This document shows positions 25,401 through 37,188 of a stretch of DNA of 64,000 nucleotides, piece by piece. This stretch comes from Bilabrum cf. latius. Its lineage: Eukaryota. The position numbers and the translations under genes were made by a program. The stretch lies in NCBI GenBank assembly GCA_965178125.1, contig OZ237765.1:744001-808000 (forward strand), given 5' to 3'. Numbering within the stretch: position 1 is the first letter of the stretch; each line of letters opens with the position of its first letter. The notes under the pieces are model-generated. The model saw only the letters and a program-made list of their open reading frames with translations, did not search any database and was not told where the DNA came from.

Positions 25401-28147
25401 CCGATGGATCTCCCGGGGGCAGCCAGGCGGGGGCGGGCCGTGGCGGCCTGGGACCCGGTGGTGTCGCTGGTGGCATAGATTTCGGGGAAGGGGTCAGCGG
25501 GCTGCGGCGGGCGGGGGCGGGGCTGAGCCTGCAGCGGCTGTGGTCCCTCTCCCAGCCCACACTCGTCACACTAGAAGCGCTGGAGCGGGCGCTGCGGACG
25601 GGCCTGGCGGCGGGTGCGCGCGGCGGGGCGGTGCTGGGTGCACTGCACGGTCTTGCCTCCGCGTCCGGGGACGAGACCTCCAGGGCCCTGGCGGAGCACC
25701 TGCTGCAGGCGGGCTCGGGCCCCTTCCTCCGCCAGCTGGAGGAGTGGGTGTACAGGGGCAGGCTGGACGACCCCGAGGGGGAGTTCTTCGTGCAAGGCGA
25801 CCCGGGCCAGAGGAGGGGGCGGCTGGGGACGGACCCCCACTGCTTGTACTGGGAATAGCGATTCCGGATCCGGGAGGAGGCTGTTCCCTCGTTCCTCAAG
25901 CGTGTGGCGGGGAAGGCCCTGGAGGCGGGCAAGTGCCTCCACGCTCTCAGGGGGTCGGTCCCCCCTGCGGCCGTGCTGCCGGGACTCGCTGGGCGCGCGT
26001 CCTCCTCGGCCTCCCAGATCTCCGGATCGGGTCACCGCCAGCAGCAGGCGAGGGCTGGTGCCTCTCACTCGTCACACCCTCTCGCGTGGGAGGAGGGGGG
26101 CGCGGAGGCCCCCGGGCTGCCGCGGGTGCTGCTTCAGGACCGGGCGAAGAGGAGGCGCAACCTGCGAGAGGGGCGCGGCGGGGGTGGGCAGAGTGGCGTT
26201 AGAGATGGAAGGGCCGCAGCCGGAGTGGTCAGTGCCCCGGGGGCTCGCACGGGACAGTCTCCGCAGGCACTCAGCGTATGCCCGCACGCCGCGCCCCTGC
26301 ACCTGGGCGCAGACGTGGGTCCCCTCGAGGCGGCCGTGGAGAGGGCGCACGAGTATGCCACCCGCGCGCTGGCCCGGTTCTTGCTGCTGGATGCACGCGT
26401 GATCGAATACCTCCGTGCAGTGAGGGGCTTGTTCCTCGGGTCCGAGGGGCAGTACCTCCTCGCATTCGCGGAGAGCGCCGCTGACGAGCTGGACAAGGAG
26501 GTGGCGGTGGGGGTGGGGGTGGGGGGTGGGGGCGAGGCAGGTGTGGAGGGGGATGGGGGGGATGGGGGGGAGATGCCGGGGGCGGGTGGGAGGCGCGGTG
26601 GGAGCGCAGCCATGGCGCAATCCGTCGGCGCCCTCCAGCGGGCAGCGGCACACGAGCAGAAGCACGTGTCGCAGTTCCGGCTGCAGTCCCTTCTGGACCT
26701 GGCGCTGAGAACCTCCTCTTCGGCGGCGGCTGGGGGGCTGGATGGGCGCCCGGGACGGGAGGCAGGGGCCGTGTCTGGGATCGGCTTGCTGGCGGACAGC
26801 GTGTCCTGCCGGCTGGAAGAGGCCCGCCTGACTGACGTGCTGCAGGCGCTCAAGCACAGCAAGCCAGTGGAGGGAGGGGACCAGGATGAAGAGGGCGAAG
26901 GGGGCGATGGGGAGGATCAGAGCGCCGGGTGGGGAGGGTGGCAGGCTGCAGGCGCCATCCAGAAAGCCGCCGAGGAGGCGGTGGAGGCAGTGGCGGCTGC
27001 CCGCGCGCTGCCCGACGGGCTGGCTGGGGATGGCACAGGGGGTCGCATCTCCGGGTCTGCCTCTGTGTCCTCCCGGTCCACCATGGGGGGGGGCGGCTCC
27101 ATCGGGGGCGGGAGCAGGGGGGGGTCCTTGTCCTCTGGCGGGGTTCGGAGGGCGGACACGGCCCTGATGGGCTTCGCGGCGATGTCCATGGAGCTCTCTG
27201 TTCCCTGGCCCTGGGCTCTGGTGCTGACTCAGCGGGAGCAGCTCAAGTACCAGATGCTGTTCCGGCACCTGTTTTTCTGCAGGCACGTGCAGCTGGCCCT
27301 GGGCAAGTCCTGGTTGGGCCTGCAGAGCTGCAAGGAGCTGGACCTACGGGCGGAGCTCACGCATGCACACATGGTGCGGCAGCGGATGTCCCACTTCTTG
27401 CACAACCTGCTTCTCTTTATGACGGGAGAGAGCGTGGAGCCCAGGTGGCACGCCTTCGAGGAGGAAGCACGTGCGGCAGGCAGCGTGGATCAGCTGAGGC
27501 GCGCCCACGGGAGTTTCCTGGACGGCTGCCTGCACGACTGCCTGCTGACTGCGCCTGACCTGCTGCGGCCCTTGACCAAGCTGGTGACGCTGTGCCTGCT
27601 GTTCGCCAACCGCATGGCGCAGGACGTGGAGAGGCATCGCCCCGACGAGGAGGAGGTCAGCAGGGAGGCGGGGCTGGGGACTCCGCTGGCAGCGGCGAGG
27701 CGCAAGAGGAGGCGGGAGCTCACGGCGCACGGGTCCTTCCGGGGCTTGGGGAGGGGAGAGGGCGATGGGGGTGAGGAGGGGGAGGCGAGGCGCCTGACGA
27801 GGGAGGAGAGGGTGCGGGCGATGAAGACCAGGAAGAGGGCGGCGAGACTGAGGCTCATGGAGGACCGCACTCGTCACACCATGCTGCAGCAGGGGTGGCA
27901 GGTGATGGTGCACAAGAGCCAGCGGCTGTTCGACGAGCTGCTGCGGCAGTTCATGGCGCGGCTGATAGCCAGGGCGGAGGGGCTCACCGTGGGCAACCTG
28001 AACCTGGGGGCGGGGGCGGGGGCCGGGCTGGCGCTTGGAGGGGGCGCCACGCGGTCGCACGTGCAGCAACTGTGCATGCGGCTGGACTTCAACGGGTTTT
28101 ACTCGAAGAAACTGAACCTGAGGCTGGGCGGCGCCAGGCGGGATTGA
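22465..28147 (+). CDS. GCP2: Gamma-tubulin complex component 2 (GCP2/Spc97 family) with long N-terminal extension, ~1864 aa
   Basis: Exons 22465-22572 and 22661-28147. Motifs QEACLVQDLL, LEEWVYRGRLDDPEGEFF, YWE*RF, PSFL, KYQMLFRHLFFCRHV and LCMRLDFNGFY. In-frame TAG at 22664, 22922, 23522, 24035, 24248 and 25856. Ends TGA. Confidence 0.88.
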
Positions 28148-28280
28148 TCCGGACAATTCTGGCAGGCTGTCTCGGCAGTGATCGCCGCTAGTGCACACGG
28201 TAGCTGTTTTTGTTGTCTCAATGCAAGCATGTGGCACCCGAGCCTCCGTCAACTACCCAAAGCTTTGCCGTCGCAAAGCG

Positions 28281-28957
28281 TCACTGCCCCTTGGCCTTGC
28301 CTGCCTCTGCCTTCCGCGTGAAGGGGTGCTTCTGCGCGATCATGCGCCCCGCGTTGAAGGCGGGGAACAGCAGCCAGGGCAAGTTGAGCAGGAGCACCAT
28401 GATCTCCGATCCCTTGGAAGTGGCTGCGTGCACTCCGAGGAACTCTTCATGCAGGATGATGCACACGATGGCGATCAGCGAGCCGGACCACAGCAGCGAG
28501 ACCTCCCTGATCCACTCGTGGCCGTGCCACAGGCAGTACATGGCCGCGATGTAGAAAGGACCGAAGAAAAGAGAATCAATCCAGATCGTCATGCGCCAGA
28601 ACGCGGGCCTGGCGATGAGTACCGGGTCAAAATTGCGGCCATACCATCGGATCACATCAACTGCCGGGGCAGGCGGCCACCACGGGTACGATTCCTCCCC
28701 ATTCGGACCCAGAAGCGTGTCCGGATCGGTAGGATGGGTAACTGCGATACGTACCCGCGTGTAAGTCAGCAAACCTGGTAAACTTGGAAGCGTGCAGCGA
28801 CCGCACTTCGAAACTTCGTCAACTGCAACCATGCTAACTACTTCTTACTCTGCTCCACATCTACGCAGTAGGTGATCAGGAATAGATTGATCAGATAGAA
28901 TCCAAAATAAACAACATCAACAGGTCTCTTCGACAGCGGAACGACTTCCCGAACCAT
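28281..28957 (-). CDS. EXPERA/EBP-superfamily (TM6SF/TMEM97-like) small membrane protein
   Basis: Exons 28957-28849 and 28741-28281; intron GTAAG...CTGAC...CGCAG. Segment FDPVLIARPAFWRMTIWIDSLFFGPFY and NLPWLLFP, with about four TM segments. Ends TGA. Confidence 0.8.
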
Positions 28958-29267
28958 GGCTACAATGACTGCTGCGGCATAGGCCTATTCAAAAAATCAG
29001 GATCGCCGCAACACATGCGTCATGCATTTCGAAATTCGAAAATCGTCCGCGTGTGTGAGGTAGGGATGCGCAGCACCGCAAAACGAGCTTGAAACTTAGC
29101 ACGTGCAAACCGGTCATCTGTTGCACTCGATCACCAATTCTGCGCTGGCTTCAAGTGGCCTGGCCCGACCGGCCCCCCTGTTCACGCTAGCAGCCGCGCA
29201 GCTCGCGCCTGGCAATCCATCGACTGGGACGCCTCCATGGCGCATCACCGCAAGCCGCCATCCTCCC

Positions 29268-30119
29268 TCAGAGCTTGTTCCCCAGCTTGAGCTCCCTCTT
29301 GGCGTGCGCCTGCAGCCGGATCGAGTTCACCCGGATGAACCCCTCCGCGTCCTGGGGCTCGTACCCGCCCTGCCTGTCCATGGAAGACAGGTCCTCGTCG
29401 TACAGGCTGCGGGGGGACTCCCGGCCCTCGATCGAGGCGCGGCCCTTGTACAGCTTGACCGTGGTGGCGCCCGTGACGTGCTTCTGGGACTCCTTGATGC
29501 CCTTGAGCAGGAACTCCATCTCGGGCGAGAACCAGAATCCGTTGTAGCACGCGTCCGCGAACCGCTGCGACATGTAGTCGCGGACCCTGAACACCTCCCT
29601 GTCGAGCGTGAGTCCCTCCAGCCCGATGTGCGCCTGCCGCAGGACCTCCCCCGCGGGTGTCTCGTACACGCCCCGCGACTTGATGCCCACGAAGCGGTTC
29701 TCCACCACGTCCACGCGGCCCACGCCGTGCTTGCCCGCCAGGTCGTTCAGGTACAAGAATGCGTCCAGCTGGTCCTCGTGCTTGACCCCCGAGTCGAGGT
29801 TCTCCACCAGCACCGGGAGGCCCTCCTTGAAGTGCACCTTGACGTGCTCGGGCGCGTCAGGGGCGTCCTCCGGGTCGGTGGTCAGCCGGAACATGCCCTT
29901 GGGAGGGGGGTTGGCGGGGTCCTCCAGGATGCCAGCTTCGTACGAGATGTGGAACATGTTCTCGTCCATCGAGTAGGGCTTGGCCTTGGTCTGCACCACG
30001 GGGACACCGTTGGACTCGGCGTACTCAATCAGGTCGGGGCGGCCCTGGAAGCGCTCGTAGAAGGAGGGGTCTCTCCAAGGAACGATGGTCTGCAGGCTGG
30101 GCTCCAGGGCGAGGAAGCT

Positions 30120-30152
<33 letters not shown>

Positions 30153-30915
30153 CGTGGCTCCGTGCGCGACGTGCGAGCATCCCTCCCGCTGGGCGATCTC
30201 CACCGCGCGGCGGGAAATGCACGGCCTCGCGATAGAAGTGCCCATCAAGTACAGGTTCTCGTACATGCCGTTGGCTTGGATGGACGGAAGGATGTAGTTG
30301 TCCAGGAAATCCCGGCGAAGGTCCTCGACATGCACCTTGCTCGCACCGATCTGCGAGACGCTTGCAGTACGACAAATGACTATGGAGACAGATCCGACAA
30401 AAGTGGGCGTACATGTTGATTGCATCGATGCTGGGCCGGTCGTAGCAGCTGTCGTTGCACGAGAGCATCGTGGACTGCCAGTGGTGTAGGCAACCGCAGC
30501 CAACTGCCCTTTCGATTCAGCCAACATAAAGTTCGTGACAGCCCCAAGCGTTGCAAGACGGCAGCTGGTGTCATGTGGACATAATCTTAGCAATCTAGAG
30601 CGGCATTCGGATTGCTCTTACCTTGAGCGCCTTTTCTCGCGCAGCTTCAAAGTCCTCCTCCTGGCCGAGGTCGGCCATGTACGCATGCACGTCGTATCCC
30701 TGCTCGAGTAGCCACAGCAAAATGCAAGACGTATCCAACCCGCCGCTGTATAGCAGCACAACCTTGCCCTTCGAGCCAGGGGCAGCGCTGGTGGACAGGC
30801 ACGAAGCAGGCGCAACCGTGCGACTGAGACAAGTCGCGCCGGCTGTCGGGCGCATCATCCGGCCACCTAGCGATCGTGCAGCGCGAGCAGCAGTCCGAAA
30901 TGATCGAGCTAGCAT
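29268..30915 (-). CDS. ASS1: Argininosuccinate synthase with N-terminal Arg/Ala/Ser-rich presequence
   Basis: Exons 30915-30622 and 30350-29268. Motifs [36 protein letters not shown] and KSRGVYETP. No internal TAG. Ends TGA. Confidence 0.96.
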
Positions 30916-31042
30916 TGTGTAGAAGAGTTGTGGGTGCTAAAGACTGTGGGGTCCAGAGAAGCGCGTACCGTGGCGTCGTGCGGCTCTCCGGCTAAATTCG
31001 AACAATTATAATCTTCATGTTTCAAATCTTGCACAACGCGAG

Positions 31043-31408
31043 ATGATGGACATGTTTGAGATGATGTGCGAGGGCCTGCCGCGAGATCACAAAGTGACCG
31101 TGCTTAACCTATCTAGGACGGCCATAGGCGACGAGGGCAGGGTGCACTTGACAGCAGCCATCATCATGATGATGCGGGCGAACGGGGGGTGCGGAGTGGG
31201 TGCTGAGGCGATGCTGGAGGCGCTTCGGAGCGAGGCTTGCACGGTGCGCTTGCTGGACCTGTGGGGTAATAATGACATCCCGGGGGAGCTGGCGGATGCC
31301 ATCGCGGAGGCAGCAGCCAAGAACGGATCCGAGTGGCGGGCGTCCCACTGGCACCACTTGCCAGTGGTGGGCTCAAGGTGTGCATTAGGCCTGCAGGAAA
31401 ACCACTGA
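31043..31408 (+). CDS. Short leucine-rich-repeat (RNI-like) protein or fragment
   Basis: VTVLNLSRTAIGDEG and TVRLLDLWGNNDI resemble LRR units. The ORF is short and its structure is uncertain. Confidence 0.4.
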   Translation: MMDMFEMMCEGLPRDHKVTVLNLSRTAIGDEGRVHLTAAIIMMMRANGGCGVGAEAMLEALRSEACTVRLLDLWGNNDIPGELADAIAEAAAKNGSEWRASHWHHLPVVGSRCALGLQENH

Positions 31409-31584
31409 GGCGCGAAGGGTGCATAGCAAGGGGTGGTGAAATGCGTTCATGGATTGTATTCGGAAGGATGATGTAACCACGCCACGCCGAGCTGCGTGGG
31501 TATCTTCCCAGCCACATGCTGTGATGATATAGATCCGGATCGCCTGTTGCAGTTGGCAGCCACATCACTTGCATTCGCATCAGG

Positions 31585-33531
31585 ATGCATGCAGTTGGGC
31601 AAGCGTCTGCCGGTTCTGTTCGCTTAGTCAGTACGTAGGGTAAATTTGCACCAGGCTCGCGGGTTAGGTTCTCCGTCCCTCCAGACATAGCAGTCTCCAG
31701 ACGCCTCGCGAACAGCGCCGGCATCGGAGAAGTAGTGCTCAGCGAACGGAACAAGTCAGATCAAACGTGGATATATACAATTGGCAGTGCAACTTAGTGC
31801 TCCAATCTTCCTGGGCGCGCAGGAACCTTAGATGGAGTGCGAGAAGAATGGATAGAGCCCTGGTCTCGGCTGGATGAGGCTGCAGAGCGTCGAATTGCAG
31901 AGCTCCGAGAGACCCGACGTGCTTTCGACACCTGGATGATAGGCAATGAAGTGTCTGACACCTATGATGCCACATGCAGTGCTGTTGGGGCATCGCTACA
32001 GCGGAGCGACCGAGCTAGGAGGAAGCGCAAGCTGCCGAAAAAAAAGAGAGCCCCCGCTTCCGCATTCGGTGCCGCCATACTTTGGAAACAGGCAGGCGCA
32101 TCTCTGTTTCGCAATGCAGATATGCACGGCGCAGACGCTATGTTTGCTTTGGCCCTCAGGGAGCTGCAGCCGCTGGTGGACCCCTCCCTCGCGGATGAGC
32201 CCGCAGCAGGTCTGCTTGGGGCCGGTGCGACGGTGCTGGTACGCTGCGGCAGGAGACGAGCACCCAAAAAGGATAAGAAAGAGGTCGATGCTCCCGACGA
32301 TGCTGCGAGTCCGACAGGAATCGACGAGCGGGACGGGGACGAGGAGGCTGCGTGGCTGGCTGCCGTGGGGGGTGGCCCGGGGCCTGGTGTGGGCGAGGGG
32401 GCCACTCCCACTGCCAGCAAAGGTCAGGAGACAGGGCTCACCGCAGAGGGGGGCACAGAGGGAGGGGATGCACGCGCCAGCGGTATTGGGTCAGCTGGCT
32501 TTGAAGGGGTCGACTGGGAGGACGGGGCCGATGAGAGATGCAGCTGTGCCTTGGTGCTGCAGGGGGCACGTGCCTGGGTCCCTGCCATGGTGGGGCTCGT
32601 GGACCCCGATGAGGGGACGTGTGACGCGTGCGTGGACCCCATGCCCCTGAGGAGAGCAACCCTAGCGGCTGCTTCTCACTCTCTTGCCTCCTCTTCCCCG
32701 GCTGCTACCGCCGTGCCATCTGGGGCCCCTTCGCACGGCCCATCCCCTTCGCAAGCCAAAGCGGCGGCCTGGCTCACCCACAAGCAGGCAGCCGCCCTGG
32801 CCAAACCGGCCACTGAGCTAGACCGGGGCACTGGCCTGGAGCCCAGGGAATGGGTGCTGCAGGCGTGTGGCCGCGTGGACGAGGCAGGGGAAGCGGGTGA
32901 CCTGGACGGGGTGTCCCTGGGCCGACTCATGGCCCTTCCGAAGCTCGACGACCCAGCGGCGGCAGCATCCGGTGTGACGAGTGAGGCAGACGCTGACCCG
33001 AACCGTCTGCAGGGCCTGGTGGCGTCCCTGGCCCTGAACCGAGCCAAGTGTCACCTGCGAGTGCTGGACCAGGCCCAGAGGGCGGGGGCACAGCTGGACC
33101 CCGACGGTGGGCTGGCGAGCCGCACTGCGGTGGAGTCTGCGACACTGGCTGCCGCGTTGCTGTCCATGCAGGTGCCCCCGGAGAGTGATGGTCCCTGGGA
33201 CTGCCGGGCGGGAGGCTCTGGTGCCGGTGCGTGGGGCAAGCTGGGGTCGTGCTACTACGTGCGAGCCCGCGTGCTCACTCACTGGGGCAAGGTAGAGCTG
33301 GCACAGATCGACCTCAAGAGAGCAGAGCTGCTGATCCCCGCGGGATCCAAAGCGGCCGCGCAGCTACAGGTGGCCAAAGAGGCGCTGCAAGCCAAGAAGG
33401 CCAGTCGCAAGAAACAAGACCGAGCTCTGGCCAAGAGCATGGGGAGGTGGATCAAGCAGCAGATGGAGGAGGTGGAGGGACAGAGCGACGCACAAGGGGC
33501 TGGGTCAGGGGCTGCTGTGCCCTTTGGGTGA
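31585..33531 (+). CDS. TPR-containing protein with possible N-terminal SH3/Tudor-like domain
   Basis: Open from ATG 31585 through TAG at 31636 and 31795. TPR-like segments WKQAGASLFRNAD, SLALNRAKCHL and CYYVRARVLTHWGKVELAQIDLKRA. Ends TGA. Confidence 0.65.
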
Positions 33532-33599
33532 CTTGGAATGGACCTTAGATTTGATGCGGATGCAAGCAGAACGTTCCAGAGGAGTTGAAGCTGTTTGAT

Positions 33600-36427
33600 T
33601 CAAGACTCATCGTCGCCCGCCTTGCCCTACCCCCGTTCCTGTTTGGCCTGCTGCTTGAGCAATGCCTCGGCCCCCATGCTAGCAAGCGACGCACGGGCCG
33701 CCTCCCTGGCTCCCATCGTGGCCTGCGTCAGCTGCTTCCGCAGGTGACTCTATTCCACATCGGGAAGCAAAAAGCCCTGCACCAGGTCACGCACCACGGC
33801 GGTCGGCTGGTCCGCTGCCGCCGCCGCTGCCGCCGCCCGTGCACTCGCCGGCATGCCCTCCCCATACCCCTCGCCCGCTTTCCCCTCCCCAGACCCGGCC
33901 CCGCTGGCGGCCTGATCCCCAGCCTCTGCCTCGGATCCCCCCGCCAGCGCCGCCCCCCTCGCCTCCTTGGCCCTGTCGCCCGCGAACTGCTCCACGGCAG
34001 CACCCACCATCTGGTCCACGAAAGTAGCCGCGCTCCTCACGTGCACCCGCTGCAGCTGCCGCACCACGGCGTCCTGCCGCCCCCGAAGCAGCTCCTCCAC
34101 CTGCCTCGCACCCGCCTCCTCGGCTTCCCTCTTCCTCCTGCTCTCCTGCGCATCTGCCACCCTCCGTGCAAGCCGCCCGGCCTCTTGCTGCCTCACCAGC
34201 TCCTTTGCGAAGAAATCCAGAGCCGCGGTTGCCACCTCCCCGCCCGCCGAGTCCACCTCGGCCACACCCGCCTGCCTGACCCTCTCCGCCACCAGCGCCC
34301 TGGCCTCCCCCTGTGCCAGCCGCCGCTCCTCCTCCGCGTCCACGATGTCCTGCCGGATCTCCTCAATGAGCGCCAGCCTCCGCTCCTTCCCCTCAAACAT
34401 GGCGTTCTGCACCGCCCGACCCCTGAGCAGCCGCTGCAGCAGCAGCACGGCCTGCGCTCCCTCGTCGTCGTCGTCCTGCTCGTCGTCGCCCTCCAGCACA
34501 GGAGTCGAAGGGCGCTCCACCCTCTGCCTGGGCCTGCGCCACGCCGGGAGGTCCTGCGCCCGCACCCCGGGCAGTTTCCCGATGATGCCCCCCGCAGTCC
34601 CCGCCCCCGCAGCCTCGGCCTGCTCCTGCCCCGAGAGACCCCCCGCCGCTGTCTTGGCCAGGATCTCGGCCGCCTCTGCGGCCGCCCTGGAGCTCGCATC
34701 CGGCAGCTCGCTTGCCTTGCGCCCCTTGGTGGCCCGCAGCAGCTCGTGCACCCGGGCCAGGTCCTTCTGCACCGCTGCCTCGTGCCTCTCCTTCTTGTTG
34801 GTGGGCAGCGCGGGCTGCGGGGCCTTTACCCGAGGGTGCAGCAGGCCGGGCGCCGCGGCCTCCTCCGCCATAAGGAGAGCGGCAGTGCCGCCCACCCCCT
34901 CCGCCTCCGTCTCGAACCGGGCCGCATCCGCCAGGTGGTCCACGTGCCTGCCGTCCCTCCTAACAGGGGCGTACACCTTGGAGGACGGGTCGGCGTACTC
35001 ACCGATAATGTCGCGACCCGTGCGGCCACCGCGGGCGCGAGGCACCGCCCTGCCGTCGGCTGCCTGCGCCGCCCGCTTGGCCGCCGATGCCGCTCTGGCC
35101 GCTTGGGTCACGGCAGTGATGGACGTCCCGGTGGCCGCGTCCGCCCTGTCCTCCGCGACCTTCCTGGCCTTGGAGAGCTTCCTAAGAGTCTGTGCGCGGC
35201 GCCGCTGCGTCTCTGCCATGTTCCGCTCCTTTTCCTCCGCCAGCTGTTTCCTCAGAGTCTCCACCCTCTGTGCTGCGGCGAACTCTCTCCTCCTGTCCCT
35301 CTCCCGCAATGCACCCTCCACGGCATCCACCTTGCGCCCATTGGCAGCCTCCATGCTGGCCTCCCGCGCCTTAAAGTCGTCCAGCTCTTGCTACTGCATC
35401 ATCCGCTTGCGCACGGCGAATGCCGCCTCGTCCGTCATGGGCGGGAGCGCCCTCTCGAGAGCTCTCCTGGCCCGCAACCGATCGATCAGCTCCACCTCGG
35501 CCCTGCCCGCCGGCAGCCGCGAGCCGACCTCCCCTCCCAGCTCCAGGTGCGCTATGCTGAGCTCCTCGGGGTTGTGCCCAGCGGGCACGACGTAGTCAGG
35601 TGTGAAAGGGTCCGTCTGCGCCGCTCCATCCCTGTACTGTGTGATGGTGCCCACGGTGCGCCGAGTGCCATCGGCCGACCTGCCCGCCCCCGATGTGAGC
35701 GTCTCTGCCTCTGCCCGCTGGGCAGCGGCCTTTCGCTCCGCGCGGGTGGAGCTGGTGGAGGGCTGCGTGAGGCCCATGGGGGGCTGTGCGGCGCCGCGGG
35801 TGTCGAGGACCCTGCGGGGTGGGTGCATGGTGAGATGGAGGTGGGAGGGTAAGAAGGGGGCGAATGGGGAACTTGGTGAATGAGGCGGCGCACTAAGAAA
35901 ACAGTGCACGCATGCATGGGTGATAGCGCAGGGGTCAACCCTTGCCGCATTTCTCACGGCTGGGCCGGCAAGGGGTCCACATCACCGCCGGTCGGCTTGA
36001 AGAAAAACTTGTGTCTGTCAGTCCCCTGAACTTGACGCTCCACGTGCCGCGAAACGCGTGATCTCTACGGCGGGCGAAACGACCTGTCAACGTGGCTGGG
36101 GATTTCTTGCTTCGTCTTGAGGCGATACCCTTGCCGTGGGAAGTGCCGGAGCTCGCTAAACATGGACTTTGCATCTGCCACCCTTTCCACGCCGGAAAAC
36201 ATCACGCGCTGCTCATTGGCTACGAAATCTTTGGCACCAGACACGGTGTACGTTGGATCTGCGTAGAACATGATTTGCAGAGGAATTATTTGGAATTTGA
36301 TCCGCACAGGAAGCAACGCTGGAGCGGTTGGAGCAAATGCATGCATCCCTGAGCCGCTCTTCCCACGCAACTAACCGTAGAGATGATCATACTTTCTTGA
36401 TTCCTGCGTAACTGTCCGGGAAGCCAT
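33600..36427 (-). CDS. CFAP91: Cilia- and flagella-associated protein 91 (MAATS1/FAP91)
   Basis: Exons 36427-36376, 36258-35958 and 35811-33600. Motifs YDHLYDPTYTVSG, MFSELRHFP, TQYRDGAAQTDPFTPDY, LPAGRAEVELIDRLR and LQRLLRGRAVQNAMFEGKERR. In-frame TAG at 36065, 35391, 33750 and 33627. Ends TGA. Confidence 0.92.
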
Positions 36428-36576
36428 GCCGATGGGATTGAAGCGGCAGAATTACACGCAGAGAGAGACGTTGACAGTTCCGGCGCCGCGCACGGTTCCG
36501 GAACATGCAAGCCGAGCTCAACAACAACCATGATGGATCTCTGGATTAGCTCAAAATGCTTCTGTCAGTGCGATGT

Positions 36577-37157
36577 TTAGATCACATTGGTCGGCTCATC
36601 GCTACAATATTTCCCCGGTGCTCCTCCTCCGGATTGGGCACCAACACCATCACCGTCCCTGGCACCTGCAGCACCCACATTTGCTGGCAGTGGCACTGTG
36701 GGCCCACTTGGGGCAGACAGACCCGCACTCGCTGGCAGTGGCACTGTGGGCCCACTTGGGGCAGACAGACCCGCACTCGCTGGCAGTGGCACTGTGGGCC
36801 CACTTGGGGCAGACAGACCCGCACTCGCTGGCAGTGGCACTGTGGGCCCACTTGGGGCAGACAGACCCGCACTCGCTGGCAGTGGCACTGTGGGCCCACT
36901 TGGGGCAGACAGACCCGCACCCTTACGAGGCTCTCCCTCTCCCTCTCCCTCTCCCTCTCCCTCTCCCTCTCCCTCTCCATCTCCCTCTCCATCTCCCTCT
37001 CCCTCTCCATCTTTATCTCCCTATGCATGGCGCCCCAGACGAGTACTGGCATACATCTCCACCTCCACCTGCATCCTCCGCTTCAACTCCCACCGCAACG
37101 AATACTCGAGCTAGACCAGGCTGCGCAGCTCCTGCACCATGCCCCCAAAGCCACCTC

Positions 37158-37188
<31 letters not shown>

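Noticed and set aside
33585-35852. 755-aa plus-strand ORF (and similar long antisense ORFs such as 29103-30419 and 52595-54058)
   Set aside because: Antisense shadows of CFAP91, ASS1 and COQ8.
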